64,000 bases of DNA from the NCBI GenBank assembly GCA_934168365.1, contig CAKPNJ010000003.1, positions 31,055-95,054 of the forward strand, in the 5' to 3' direction. Below the pieces are notes generated by a model that was given only the letters and a program-made list of their open reading frames with translations, had not been told where the DNA came from and did not search any database. This document shows positions 9,691-17,775 of the stretch, piece after piece. How positions within the stretch are numbered: position 1 is the stretch's first letter; each line of letters starts with the position of its first letter. The DNA comes from an uncultured Clostridia bacterium. Lineage in GTDB: Bacteria > Bacillota > Clostridia > TANB77 > CAG-508. Both the position numbers and the translations under genes were made by a program.

Positions 9691-9739
9691 TTGGCTAAAT
9701 GCTGACAAATATATTATAAGGAGAATTTGCATGGTAAAT

Positions 9740-9931
9740 AACGCACGGACAGTAAGAAAAGGAAACTCCAATGTTTGCCTGAAAATTGAGCATTGTATGC
9801 TCAGCTGGAAAGGCGGAAAAAAGTGTTCCAAGAATAAATGCAGAAGTTATACAGACCCAAGGAACTCGAAAAATAAAAAGAAGTGAAATTTTCCGACGAG
9901 CAGATCAGAAGTATGGTCTGTTCGTTTTTTA
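9740..9931 (+). ncRNA. Candidate structured RNA: either an unassigned cis-leader or a small RNA. GC-richer than its surroundings and ends in an intrinsic terminator.
   Basis: Possible -35/-10 near 9710-9738. Local hairpins (gagcat-tgt-atgctc; gcct...aggc). Terminator cgagcagatc / ggtctgttcg plus T6 at 9897-9931. The ORF track calls a 69-aa basic ORF here, but it has no RBS and atypical codon usage. Confidence 0.25.
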
Positions 9932-9945
9932 TTCATAATAACCAG

Positions 9946-9974
9946 TTGACTAAAATAGATATAAGATATAAAAT
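9946..9974 (+). promoter_or_regulatory. Sigma-A-type promoter for the downstream kinase-like gene.
   Basis: ttgact, 17-bp spacer, taaaat. Confidence 0.5.
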
Positions 9975-10018
9975 ACTATTGTTAAATTTAAAGAATTTTA
10001 GAGAGGAATGTTGCTAAT

Positions 10019-11656
10019 ATGAATATAAAACTAAATACCGAAATATTAGAAGTAGAAGAGAATAAGTCGATTATAGAATTGTTTGATAAAGAAATTGGAG
10101 AAAACAAAAAGATTATTGCTTGTGATATAAATAACGAAATTAAATCTTTAAATTTTATTCCAAAGGAAAATGACAATGTTAATTTTGTAGATGTTACTAG
10201 TAGGGACGGAAGAAGAACATATATTAGAGGGCTTTTATTCATAATGAGTATGGCTTTTGATAAATGCTATCCAGAAGCTTTTCTATCAGTAAATTATCAA
10301 TTAACAAATGCTATGTATTGCGAAGTAGATAATTTAGAAGTTACAAAAGAAATGATAGAAAATGTTAATAACAAAATGAAAGAATTAGTAGCTAAAAGTT
10401 TACCAATAAAAAAAGTTGAAATGACAAAAGAAGAGGCTATAAAATTCTATGAAAAGGAAAATAGTTTAAGGGGAATATTACAATTAGATAATGAGCAAAA
10501 AAAAGGAGTTTCTTTATATTTTTGTGAAGATTATTATAATTATTTCTATGGAGTAATGCCTATAGATACAAGTTATATAAATGTATTTGATATTATTCCA
10601 TATAATGATGGATTCTTATTACGTTATCCAGATAAAGAAAATCCAGAGGTATTAGAGCCTGGGCTAGTAAGTAAAAAAATGATTTCAACTTTAGATGAAT
10701 ACAAAGATATTCATAGAGTATTAGATGTAAACACAATATATAAGTTGAATAAACAAATCAGAGAAGGAAAGTCTGCTGAACTTGTACTATTGGCAGAAGC
10801 TTTACACGAAAAAAAGATTTCCGATATAGCAGATAATGTTGTAAAAAGAAAAAATGTAAAAGTAATTCTAATTGCAGGTCCATCATCATCTGGAAAAACT
10901 ACATTTGCTAAAAGACTTGGAATTCAATTAAGATTAAATGGTCTAAAACCAGTGACTATATCTGTTGACGATTATTTTGTTGAAAGAGAACAAACACCTC
11001 TAGATGAAAATGGAAAATATAATTTCGAATGTATAGAAGCAATTGATTTAAAACTATTTAATGAACATTTAACGACTTTATTAAATGGTGGAGAAATACT
11101 TTGCCCAACCTTTGATTTTAAAGAAGGAAGCAAAAAGTATACAGGCAAGAAAATGAGATTAGCAGAAGATGAAGTTCTTGTAATTGAAGGAATTCACTGC
11201 CTAAATGATAAACTAACAGAATCAATTCCAAAAGAATTAAAATACAAAATTTACATTAGTGCGTTAACTGTTCTTAATGTTGACTACTATAATAGAATAT
11301 CTACAACAGATAGCAGATTAATTAGAAGAATGGTAAGAGACCATAATTTTAGAGGCTATACTGCTATGCATACCTTACAAATGTGGAATTCTGTAAATAA
11401 AGGCGAAAATCAATATATTTTCCCATTCCAAGATGAAGCAGATAGTATGTTTAATACTTCTTTAATATATGAACTATGTGTATTAAAAAAATATGCCTTA
11501 CCAATGTTACAAGAAATTGATAATTCTTATGTAGAATATGCAGAAGCTAAGAGACTATGTGAATTTTTAAAGTATTTTGAAGATATTGAAGATAAGTATG
11601 TTCCTCAAAATTCATTGCTTCGCGAATTTATTGGAGGCAGTATTTTCGAATACTAA
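10019..11656 (+). CDS. Uridine kinase / phosphoribulokinase-family P-loop NTPase with an N-terminal TGS-like domain. A nucleoside-kinase-like protein.
   Basis: Walker A LIAGPSSSGKTTFAKRLG. Overall architecture matches the ~550-aa clostridial uridine-kinase-like proteins. Confidence 0.6.
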   Translation: MNIKLNTEILEVEENKSIIELFDKEIGENKKIIACDINNEIKSLNFIPKENDNVNFVDVTSRDGRRTYIRGLLFIMSMAFDKCYPEAFLSVNYQLTNAMYCEVDNLEVTKEMIENVNNKMKELVAKSLPIKKVEMTKEEAIKFYEKENSLRGILQLDNEQKKGVSLYFCEDYYNYFYGVMPIDTSYINVFDIIPYNDGFLLRYPDKENPEVLEPGLVSKKMISTLDEYKDIHRVLDVNTIYKLNKQIREGKSAELVLLAEALHEKKISDIADNVVKRKNVKVILIAGPSSSGKTTFAKRLGIQLRLNGLKPVTISVDDYFVEREQTPLDENGKYNFECIEAIDLKLFNEHLTTLLNGGEILCPTFDFKEGSKKYTGKKMRLAEDEVLVIEGIHCLNDKLTESIPKELKYKIYISALTVLNVDYYNRISTTDSRLIRRMVRDHNFRGYTAMHTLQMWNSVNKGENQYIFPFQDEADSMFNTSLIYELCVLKKYALPMLQEIDNSYVEYAEAKRLCEFLKYFEDIEDKYVPQNSLLREFIGGSIFEY

Positions 11657-11668
11657 GAGGTAGAATAT

Positions 11669-11977
11669 ATGGGAAGAAAATTTACAAAAATAGATGAAGC
11701 ATTTGTATGTGAAAATTGCGGAAAGCAAATAAACCCACTTGGATATACTTGCAGAGATCATTGCAATTATTGTTTACATTCAAAACATGTAGATATAAAT
11801 CCGGGTGATAGAGAAGAAGAATGCCATGGCGACTTAGAACCTATTAGGGTTGAACTTGATAGTAAAAAGGGTTATGTCATAATCTATAAATGCAAGAAAT
11901 GCGGAGTGATACGCAAAAACAAAGCAGCAGAGGATGACAATATAGATTTAATAATTGAGTTGACTACAAAACAATAG
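11669..11977 (+). CDS. RNHCP-domain-like zinc-ribbon protein.
   Basis: FVCENCG ... CRDHCNYCLHSKHVD ... GDREEEC ... CKKCG follows the RNHCP-family pattern. Confidence 0.5.
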   Translation: MGRKFTKIDEAFVCENCGKQINPLGYTCRDHCNYCLHSKHVDINPGDREEECHGDLEPIRVELDSKKGYVIIYKCKKCGVIRKNKAAEDDNIDLIIELTTKQ

Positions 11978-12047
11978 AGAGGTTTTAATAAAATATAACC
12001 TTTCCATTGTTTCGTGGTTACATATCTAATACGTAATAAACGAATCA

Positions 12048-12800
12048 TTAAATATACCCAAAAGTGCGAAGTTTGTTTATTGAATTGATTAATTCATCTT
12101 TTCTTTTTACTTCAATAAGTACATCTAAATCATGCTTATTACAGAAATCTAATTCTTCCTTAATATCAAGGATACCTGTAAATAGTTCTTGATGATCTTT
12201 GAAACCATTATAATCGTGTAAATGAACATGTTTAATTTTATCTTTATATTTTAGAAATTCTTCTTTAGCGATATTACCATATCTAATATTATGTCCTAAA
12301 TCTAATGTGAAAAATAAATTATCATAATTTGCAATAATTTCAATTGCTTTTAAAGTATAAGATTCTATTTTTACATTCTCAAATAAGATAGTAGCATTAT
12401 ATTTACTTGCTATTTTAGAAAGTGCATTACATGAATTTTTATATGCATCCAAATATTCACTCAAGTATTCCTCGTAAATAAATATTTTTTTATCTGGTAA
12501 CGAAAAATGAATACCGGGGTCAAGATGAATATTATATTTGAGAATATGGTGCTTTGTACCAAAAGATATAATTCTTTCTATTTCATTTAAATAAAACTTG
12601 CGTAAAGAATCATTTAATTCACCAACATCAATTTTTTCTGATAGATGAATAGTAAAAGCATTGCTATCTAATAGAGTGGTATCTAAGCTTTCTAAGAAGC
12701 AGTATGGTATATCTAGATTTAATTCAATAAAATCCAAATTAAGCTCTTGAGCTAGTTTCACATTTTCTTCTAAAGAATGAAGTTCGACTAATATAGGCAT
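12048..12800 (-). CDS. Sugar phosphate isomerase/epimerase (xylose-isomerase-like TIM barrel, AP endonuclease 2 fold).
   Basis: TLDLGH and HVHLHD metal-ligand motifs. GGAGG RBS upstream of the start. Confidence 0.55.
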   Translation of the reverse strand: MPILVELHSLEENVKLAQELNLDFIELNLDIPYCFLESLDTTLLDSNAFTIHLSEKIDVGELNDSLRKFYLNEIERIISFGTKHHILKYNIHLDPGIHFSLPDKKIFIYEEYLSEYLDAYKNSCNALSKIASKYNATILFENVKIESYTLKAIEIIANYDNLFFTLDLGHNIRYGNIAKEEFLKYKDKIKHVHLHDYNGFKDHQELFTGILDIKEELDFCNKHDLDVLIEVKRKDELINSINKLRTFGYI

Positions 12801-12950
12801 TCCGAAATCTCATATAATTGTTACCTCCATTATAAAAATTTATTAGTATTGTATCACAAGAGTGTTATTTAAGCAATAAATTACCCCCGTTATTTTATAG
12901 AAAAACAGACAGAAGTATACAAAAATTTAAAATTAAGTTTAGAAAATATA

Positions 12951-12979
12951 TTGACAAAAATAAAAATAGTACATACAAT
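12951..12979 (+). promoter_or_regulatory. Near-consensus sigma-A promoter (TTGACA, 17 bp, TACAAT) driving the cysS leader.
   Basis: ttgaca 12951-12956, tacaat 12974-12979. Confidence 0.6.
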
Positions 12980-13005
12980 AATATAAATTGAAAGGAAAGA
13001 TTCTA

Positions 13006-13047
13006 ATGTTATTAAAAAATATAATTTCTAATTGTTGTTGTAGGTGA
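13006..13047 (+). CDS. 13-codon leader peptide MLLKNIISNCCCR. Three consecutive UGU Cys codons immediately before the UGA stop. Candidate Cys-sensing attenuator peptide for cysS.
   Basis: AAAGGAAAG RBS 7 nt upstream. Lies between the promoter and an intrinsic terminator, 240 nt upstream of cysS. Confidence 0.55.
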   Translation: MLLKNIISNCCCR

Positions 13048-13085
13048 TATACTCTGTCTGTTGTAGACATGAGTGTTAATAAGTA

Positions 13086-13163
13086 TGCCTACAGTAGAAA
13101 TTATATTAATAATATAGTAAAAGACTATGTAGGCAAAGCAAATGGACACATAGTCTTTTTTTG
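13086..13163 (+). promoter_or_regulatory. Attenuator RNA: antiterminator segment tgcctacagtag (13086-13097) and intrinsic terminator agactatgt / acatagtct plus T7 (13122-13163).
   Basis: Segment 13086-13097 can pair with either the Cys-codon/stop region (13035-13046) or the terminator 5' arm (13125-13135). Confidence 0.5.
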
Positions 13164-13285
13164 ATAAAAAATAAGAGAAGAATGGAATTACTAAATTATG
13201 AATATTGCTAAAAAGTAATTAATTATAATAAATTTAAGATTAAATTAATAAAATAGTCTAGTACTAATTAAGGAGGTTATTTACA

Positions 13286-14758
13286 ATGAAGATTACAAAT
13301 TCTATGAGTGGCAAAAAAGAAGAATTCGTACCTTTGAAAAAGGGAGAAGTCAAAATGTACGCATGCGGTATTACTGTATATGATTTGAGTCATATTGGTC
13401 ATGCAAGGCAAGCTATTGACTATGCTATGATTACAGATTATCTTAGATACAGAGGTTACCACGTAACGTATGTACGCAACTATACTGACGTTGATGACAA
13501 AATTATTAAACGTGCAAATGAGTTAGGAAGAGATGCTTTGGAATTTTCTGCTGAACAAATTAGAGAAACTGAAAAAGATATGGCAGCTTTGCATGTTACA
13601 GATGCGGATATTAACACAAAGGCATCAGAGTATATTCCACAGATTATAAAAGTTGTGGAAGGTCTGATAAAAAAAGGGCACGCATATGTAACAGAAAAAA
13701 GAGATGTGTATTTTTCAGTAAAAACTGATAAGAATTACGGAAAATTGTCTCACAGAAAAGTAGAAGAATTACGAAATGGAGTACGTATTGAGGTTGATGA
13801 AGAAAAAGAAGATCCAGTTGACTTTGCTTTGTGGAAATCAGCAAAACCGGGAGAAATTTATTGGGAATCCCCTTGGGGAAAAGGAAGACCTGGTTGGCAT
13901 ATCGAATGCTCAGCTATGGCATTAGATACTCTTGGCGAAACCATTGACATTCATGGTGGAGGAAGAGATTTGATTTTTCCACATCACGAAAATGAAATTG
14001 CACAAAGTGAATCTTTAACTGGAAAAACTTTTGCAAACTATTGGAGCCATTGCGGTCTTATAAAGATTAATGGACAGAAGATGGGAAAATCTTTAGGAAA
14101 TTCCCTAACTATAAGAGATGCTTTAGCAAAATATAATTATGAAGTTATTAGATATACAATACTTTCTAAGCATTACACATCTGACATTGATCTTCACGAT
14201 AGTGATTTTCAACTCGCAGAAGGACACACATACTATTTTTATAGTACAATTAAAGAAATGCAAAAATTCATTTTAGACAATCATGGAGATGAAACATCTG
14301 AAGTCTTAAATGACGAAATTCCTAACACTATTATTTCAAAATTTATTGAAGTGATGGATGATGATTTTAATTCTGCTGTTGCGATTGCAAATTTGCATAC
14401 AATTTTTAAATATGTAAATAACATCATGAAAACAGCAAAGAAAGATAACAGACAAATAGTAGCACATACTTTGGCTAAGATTTTGAAAGACATGAAAGAA
14501 GTCTATGGAATTTTAGGCCTTTTTAAGCAAGAGCCAGAAAAATTTCTTTCAGAGATGAAAGTGAAACATCTTAAACAGTTGAATATTGATGTGGAAGACA
14601 TTGAAAAACAGATTTTAGAAAGAACCGAAGCAAAGAAAAGCAAAGATTTTGAAAAAGCCGATTCAATTAGAGATAACCTTGATAAAAGAGGCATCCTTTT
14701 AAAGGATACAAGAGAAGGTACTATTTGGGATCTGAAACTACTTTATAGTTTTAATTAA
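13286..14758 (+). CDS. cysS: Cysteinyl-tRNA synthetase.
   Basis: HIGH motif (SHIGHAR), KMSKS-type motif (KMGKS), zinc-binding Cys residues. AAGGAGG RBS. Confidence 0.95.
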   Translation: MKITNSMSGKKEEFVPLKKGEVKMYACGITVYDLSHIGHARQAIDYAMITDYLRYRGYHVTYVRNYTDVDDKIIKRANELGRDALEFSAEQIRETEKDMAALHVTDADINTKASEYIPQIIKVVEGLIKKGHAYVTEKRDVYFSVKTDKNYGKLSHRKVEELRNGVRIEVDEEKEDPVDFALWKSAKPGEIYWESPWGKGRPGWHIECSAMALDTLGETIDIHGGGRDLIFPHHENEIAQSESLTGKTFANYWSHCGLIKINGQKMGKSLGNSLTIRDALAKYNYEVIRYTILSKHYTSDIDLHDSDFQLAEGHTYYFYSTIKEMQKFILDNHGDETSEVLNDEIPNTIISKFIEVMDDDFNSAVAIANLHTIFKYVNNIMKTAKKDNRQIVAHTLAKILKDMKEVYGILGLFKQEPEKFLSEMKVKHLKQLNIDVEDIEKQILERTEAKKSKDFEKADSIRDNLDKRGILLKDTREGTIWDLKLLYSFN

Positions 14759-14948
14759 GACATATATATTTTAACTAATCTTAAAATTTTAAATTAAGTT
14801 GAGTAATTCAATTCTTGACAACAAAAATGAAATAGACTTTTATATAAATTTTATATTAAATAAAAGACACATGATTTAATTGGCCGAGAAATGAGAGAAA
14901 GTGATTTAAATGCACCCATTAAATTTTATATTTTGGGTGCATTTGAAT

Positions 14949-17399
14949 TTAAACCTCTCTATATAAATTTCCATTAGTATATTGTAATCCTTCTAATTTT
15001 TCTCTGTTATAAGCTTTGTCTACAGCTTCATTTATTTCATTAATACTCTCATCAAGTATATCAAGTCTAACAAAATTTACAGGTAAGTCTTTAGTTGAAA
15101 CTGAAAGTGTTTTACTATTACAAATCAATGTTACAGTTTCAATACTATTTGGCACAACTCTAAAATTAAAGCCTAGTCTGTCTTTCAAATAATATTTATT
15201 ATTTTTTTTGCAATTAGTTCCACAATTTGGATAACATTTATTAGTCTCACCTAAAAAGCAATAACTACTTGCCATAAGAGGTAGATTGCCATATACTATC
15301 ATTTCAGTGTTGATGTTAGCATTAGCTAGCATTTCTTTTATAAGCTCTTGATTAAGTTCTCTAGACAAAGTAATTCGTGAAAGACCTAATTTTCTGTATT
15401 CTTCCATTGTATTATTATTAAATACATTAAGAGTATAATTTCCAATAAATTCATAATCTTTGCTATATTTTTTTAATAGTTCAAAGTCTCCGATATTCGA
15501 CACTATAAAGCCTTTTATATTGTAAATCATAACTGCTTGTTCTATGGTACTTAAAGCTATATTTTTATAATTCGTTTTTATTATACTTGGAACATATATG
15601 TATAAGTTATAATTATCACTAAAATATGAAATTACTTTAGAATATTTTTTACTAATAAATAACTCTAAAGATACATAAATATTAGTAATTTTTTCTTTGT
15701 CTAGTTTAGTATAATCAAAATCTAAGTCTAGTTGCCTAAACAAAACAGAGATTTCAGGATTTTTCACATTAGGAGTATATGTTATACTTTCTTTTGATTT
15801 TCTTGACAAATCTAGCAAAGTTCTTTTTGCTCTAGATAAAATTTCTTGTTCTACTTTTTCTAAGGCAGTTCTTCTTAATTCATTTAATGTACTAATACTT
15901 GGAACATAAAGTCCATCATCCAAAAGAACAGTGATGTTCTCAAAAGAAAATGGAGTATTAGTAGTTTTAGAAATTTGTTTTACAACTCGCTCAACACTAA
16001 TTGGTGTTTTTAAAGCATCAATAGGTATCATATTTGAAATTTCTTTAACATAAATACTTGAATAAAGCTCATTATAGCAAGTATTTTTATTTGTAGAAAT
16101 TTCCATACTAATAGGCGTATTCTTTTTGATTGTAACAGTACAATTTAGAGGTATTTTTTTATTTTCACAATTATCATAAGAGGCTTTAGCAAAATCGCTT
16201 AAAGCTTTACTAGAAATTCTGTAAACCTTATCTCCAACTTTGATATTGCCTTTCATACGTCCAATTGTAACCTCAGTATTAGCTGAAACTTTCTTTTGAT
16301 TTACATTCTTAATCATAAGCTCTGATACTAAGTATTTAGATGCTTCATTAGAAACAGAGATAGAGTCTCCAAGTTCTAAGTCTTCTTCTAGTTGCAGGGT
16401 GATATGACCTTTGTTGGAATTATATTTTTTTATAGTTCCTAAATAAATTCCCATATTACTTGGTTTTTCAGGAAATATTAAGTTTCTATTATGCTTAGAA
16501 TCTAAATGTCCATCTGAAAATCCGCCCCTATTAAATACTTGCATTAAGTCATTTATATCTTTTTCATCAATAATAAAGTCATCATTATTTAATACCATAT
16601 CAATATATTTTCTGTAAATCCTAGTAACAGTAGCAACATATTCAGGGCTTTTCATACGACCTTCAATTTTAAAACATTTAACACCAGCTTGTATTAAACG
16701 TGGGAGGTAGGCAATACCACATAAATCTTTAGTACTTAATAAATAGCCTTTATCTAGTGATTTACGTTCATGAGTTTCGGCATTTTCACTAATTAGTTCA
16801 TAAGGTAATCTACAAGGACCAGCACATTTACCACGATTTCCTGAACGACCACCAACAACACTTGAAAACAAGCATTGGCCTGAATAGCAAATACATAATG
16901 CACCATGAATGAAAGTTTCAATTTCAACTTTACAGTTTTTACAAATGTACTCAATTTCATCACAAGAAAGTTCTCTTGAAAGAACTACTCTGTCAAAACC
17001 AAGTTTTTCAAGTTTCAATACTCCTTGCAAATTGTGTACTGTCATTTGAGTACTAGCATGTATAGGTAATCCGGGAATGTTATCAATTAAATATTTTGCC
17101 AAGCCCAAATCTTGAACAATTATTGCGTCAACTCCTGATTTATAAGCTTCTTTAGCTAAATCAACTGCATTATCAAATTCACAATTCTCAAGAAGCGTAT
17201 TTAAAGTCAAGTTTGTTTTTACATTCCTTAATTTACAATAATCTATAACTCGTTTCATATCTTCAACATTAAAATTAGCAGCATACATTCTAGCATTAAA
17301 CTGCTCTACGCCAAAATATACTGCGTCTGCACCATTTTGCACAGCTGCCTTTAAACAATTCCAGTCTCCAACAGGAGCCAAGAGTTCTACTTTTGTCAT
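14949..17399 (-). CDS. Peptidase U32 family (collagenase-like), long ~815-aa form.
   Basis: N-terminal MTKVELLAPVGDW...AVQNGADAVYFG is the U32 signature. The ORF track starts at an upstream TTG (17417); the ATG at 17399 with a GGAGG upstream is more plausible. Confidence 0.7.
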   Translation of the reverse strand: MTKVELLAPVGDWNCLKAAVQNGADAVYFGVEQFNARMYAANFNVEDMKRVIDYCKLRNVKTNLTLNTLLENCEFDNAVDLAKEAYKSGVDAIIVQDLGLAKYLIDNIPGLPIHASTQMTVHNLQGVLKLEKLGFDRVVLSRELSCDEIEYICKNCKVEIETFIHGALCICYSGQCLFSSVVGGRSGNRGKCAGPCRLPYELISENAETHERKSLDKGYLLSTKDLCGIAYLPRLIQAGVKCFKIEGRMKSPEYVATVTRIYRKYIDMVLNNDDFIIDEKDINDLMQVFNRGGFSDGHLDSKHNRNLIFPEKPSNMGIYLGTIKKYNSNKGHITLQLEEDLELGDSISVSNEASKYLVSELMIKNVNQKKVSANTEVTIGRMKGNIKVGDKVYRISSKALSDFAKASYDNCENKKIPLNCTVTIKKNTPISMEISTNKNTCYNELYSSIYVKEISNMIPIDALKTPISVERVVKQISKTTNTPFSFENITVLLDDGLYVPSISTLNELRRTALEKVEQEILSRAKRTLLDLSRKSKESITYTPNVKNPEISVLFRQLDLDFDYTKLDKEKITNIYVSLELFISKKYSKVISYFSDNYNLYIYVPSIIKTNYKNIALSTIEQAVMIYNIKGFIVSNIGDFELLKKYSKDYEFIGNYTLNVFNNNTMEEYRKLGLSRITLSRELNQELIKEMLANANINTEMIVYGNLPLMASSYCFLGETNKCYPNCGTNCKKNNKYYLKDRLGFNFRVVPNSIETVTLICNSKTLSVSTKDLPVNFVRLDILDESINEINEAVDKAYNREKLEGLQYTNGNLYREV

Positions 17400-17502
17400 A
17401 TAAATATTAACCTCCAAATAATTTAAACCTCCTTAATTGTAACACAATTTTTGTCTTTTGCATACTAATATTATATAGAAAAGTAAAAAGGAGGAGAAAA
17501 GT

Positions 17503-17658
17503 ATGCCAGAAGAATCTAGAGATTGTGGATGCGGCCGTAATAATGGTTGTGGTTGCTTAGGTAACTTATTTGGAGGTTGCGGATGTGGTGATAGTAGTAT
17601 TTTATTCTTTATAATAATATTTTTATTACTATTTTGTAATTGCGGAGGCAACAGATAA
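17503..17658 (+). CDS. YjcZ-family small sporulation protein, 51 aa: MPEESRDCGCGRNNGCGCLGNLFGGCGCGDSSILFFIIIFLLLFCNCGGNR. Below the ORF-track length cutoff.
   Basis: AAAAGGAGGAG RBS 8 nt upstream. Gly/Cys-rich head plus hydrophobic tail, as in YjcZ. The 81-aa ORF on the opposite strand (17433..17678) is its shadow. Confidence 0.6.
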   Translation: MPEESRDCGCGRNNGCGCLGNLFGGCGCGDSSILFFIIIFLLLFCNCGGNR

Positions 17659-17709
17659 AAACATATTAAAGGCAGCATTTGACAAATGTTGCCTTTTTTC
17701 TATTTTGTC

Positions 17710-17738
17710 TTGACGTAAAATAGCAAGAATGGTATACT
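17710..17738 (+). promoter_or_regulatory. Sigma-A-type promoter for the cell-wall hydrolase gene.
   Basis: ttgacg, 17-bp spacer, tatact. Confidence 0.5.
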
Positions 17739-17775
17739 AATCTTGTAGAAATTTATCACTTTTTAGGAGGAAAAA

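Noticed and set aside
9677-9886. 69-aa Lys/Arg/Cys-rich ORF
   Set aside because: No RBS. It overlaps the stop of the upstream gene. Its composition looks like a translated GC-rich structured RNA. I treat it as a candidate ncRNA/leader instead.
12840-13285. T-box riboswitch upstream of cysS
   Set aside because: I searched for the conserved T-box sequence (AGGGUGGNACCGCG) and a specifier-loop architecture and found none. The region instead contains a leader ORF with three Cys codons and a terminator.
17433-17678. 81-aa ORF on the minus strand
   Set aside because: It is fully antisense to the well-supported YjcZ-like gene (RBS plus family pattern). It has no RBS, and its Pro/Gln-rich product is a typical shadow of Gly/Cys codons.
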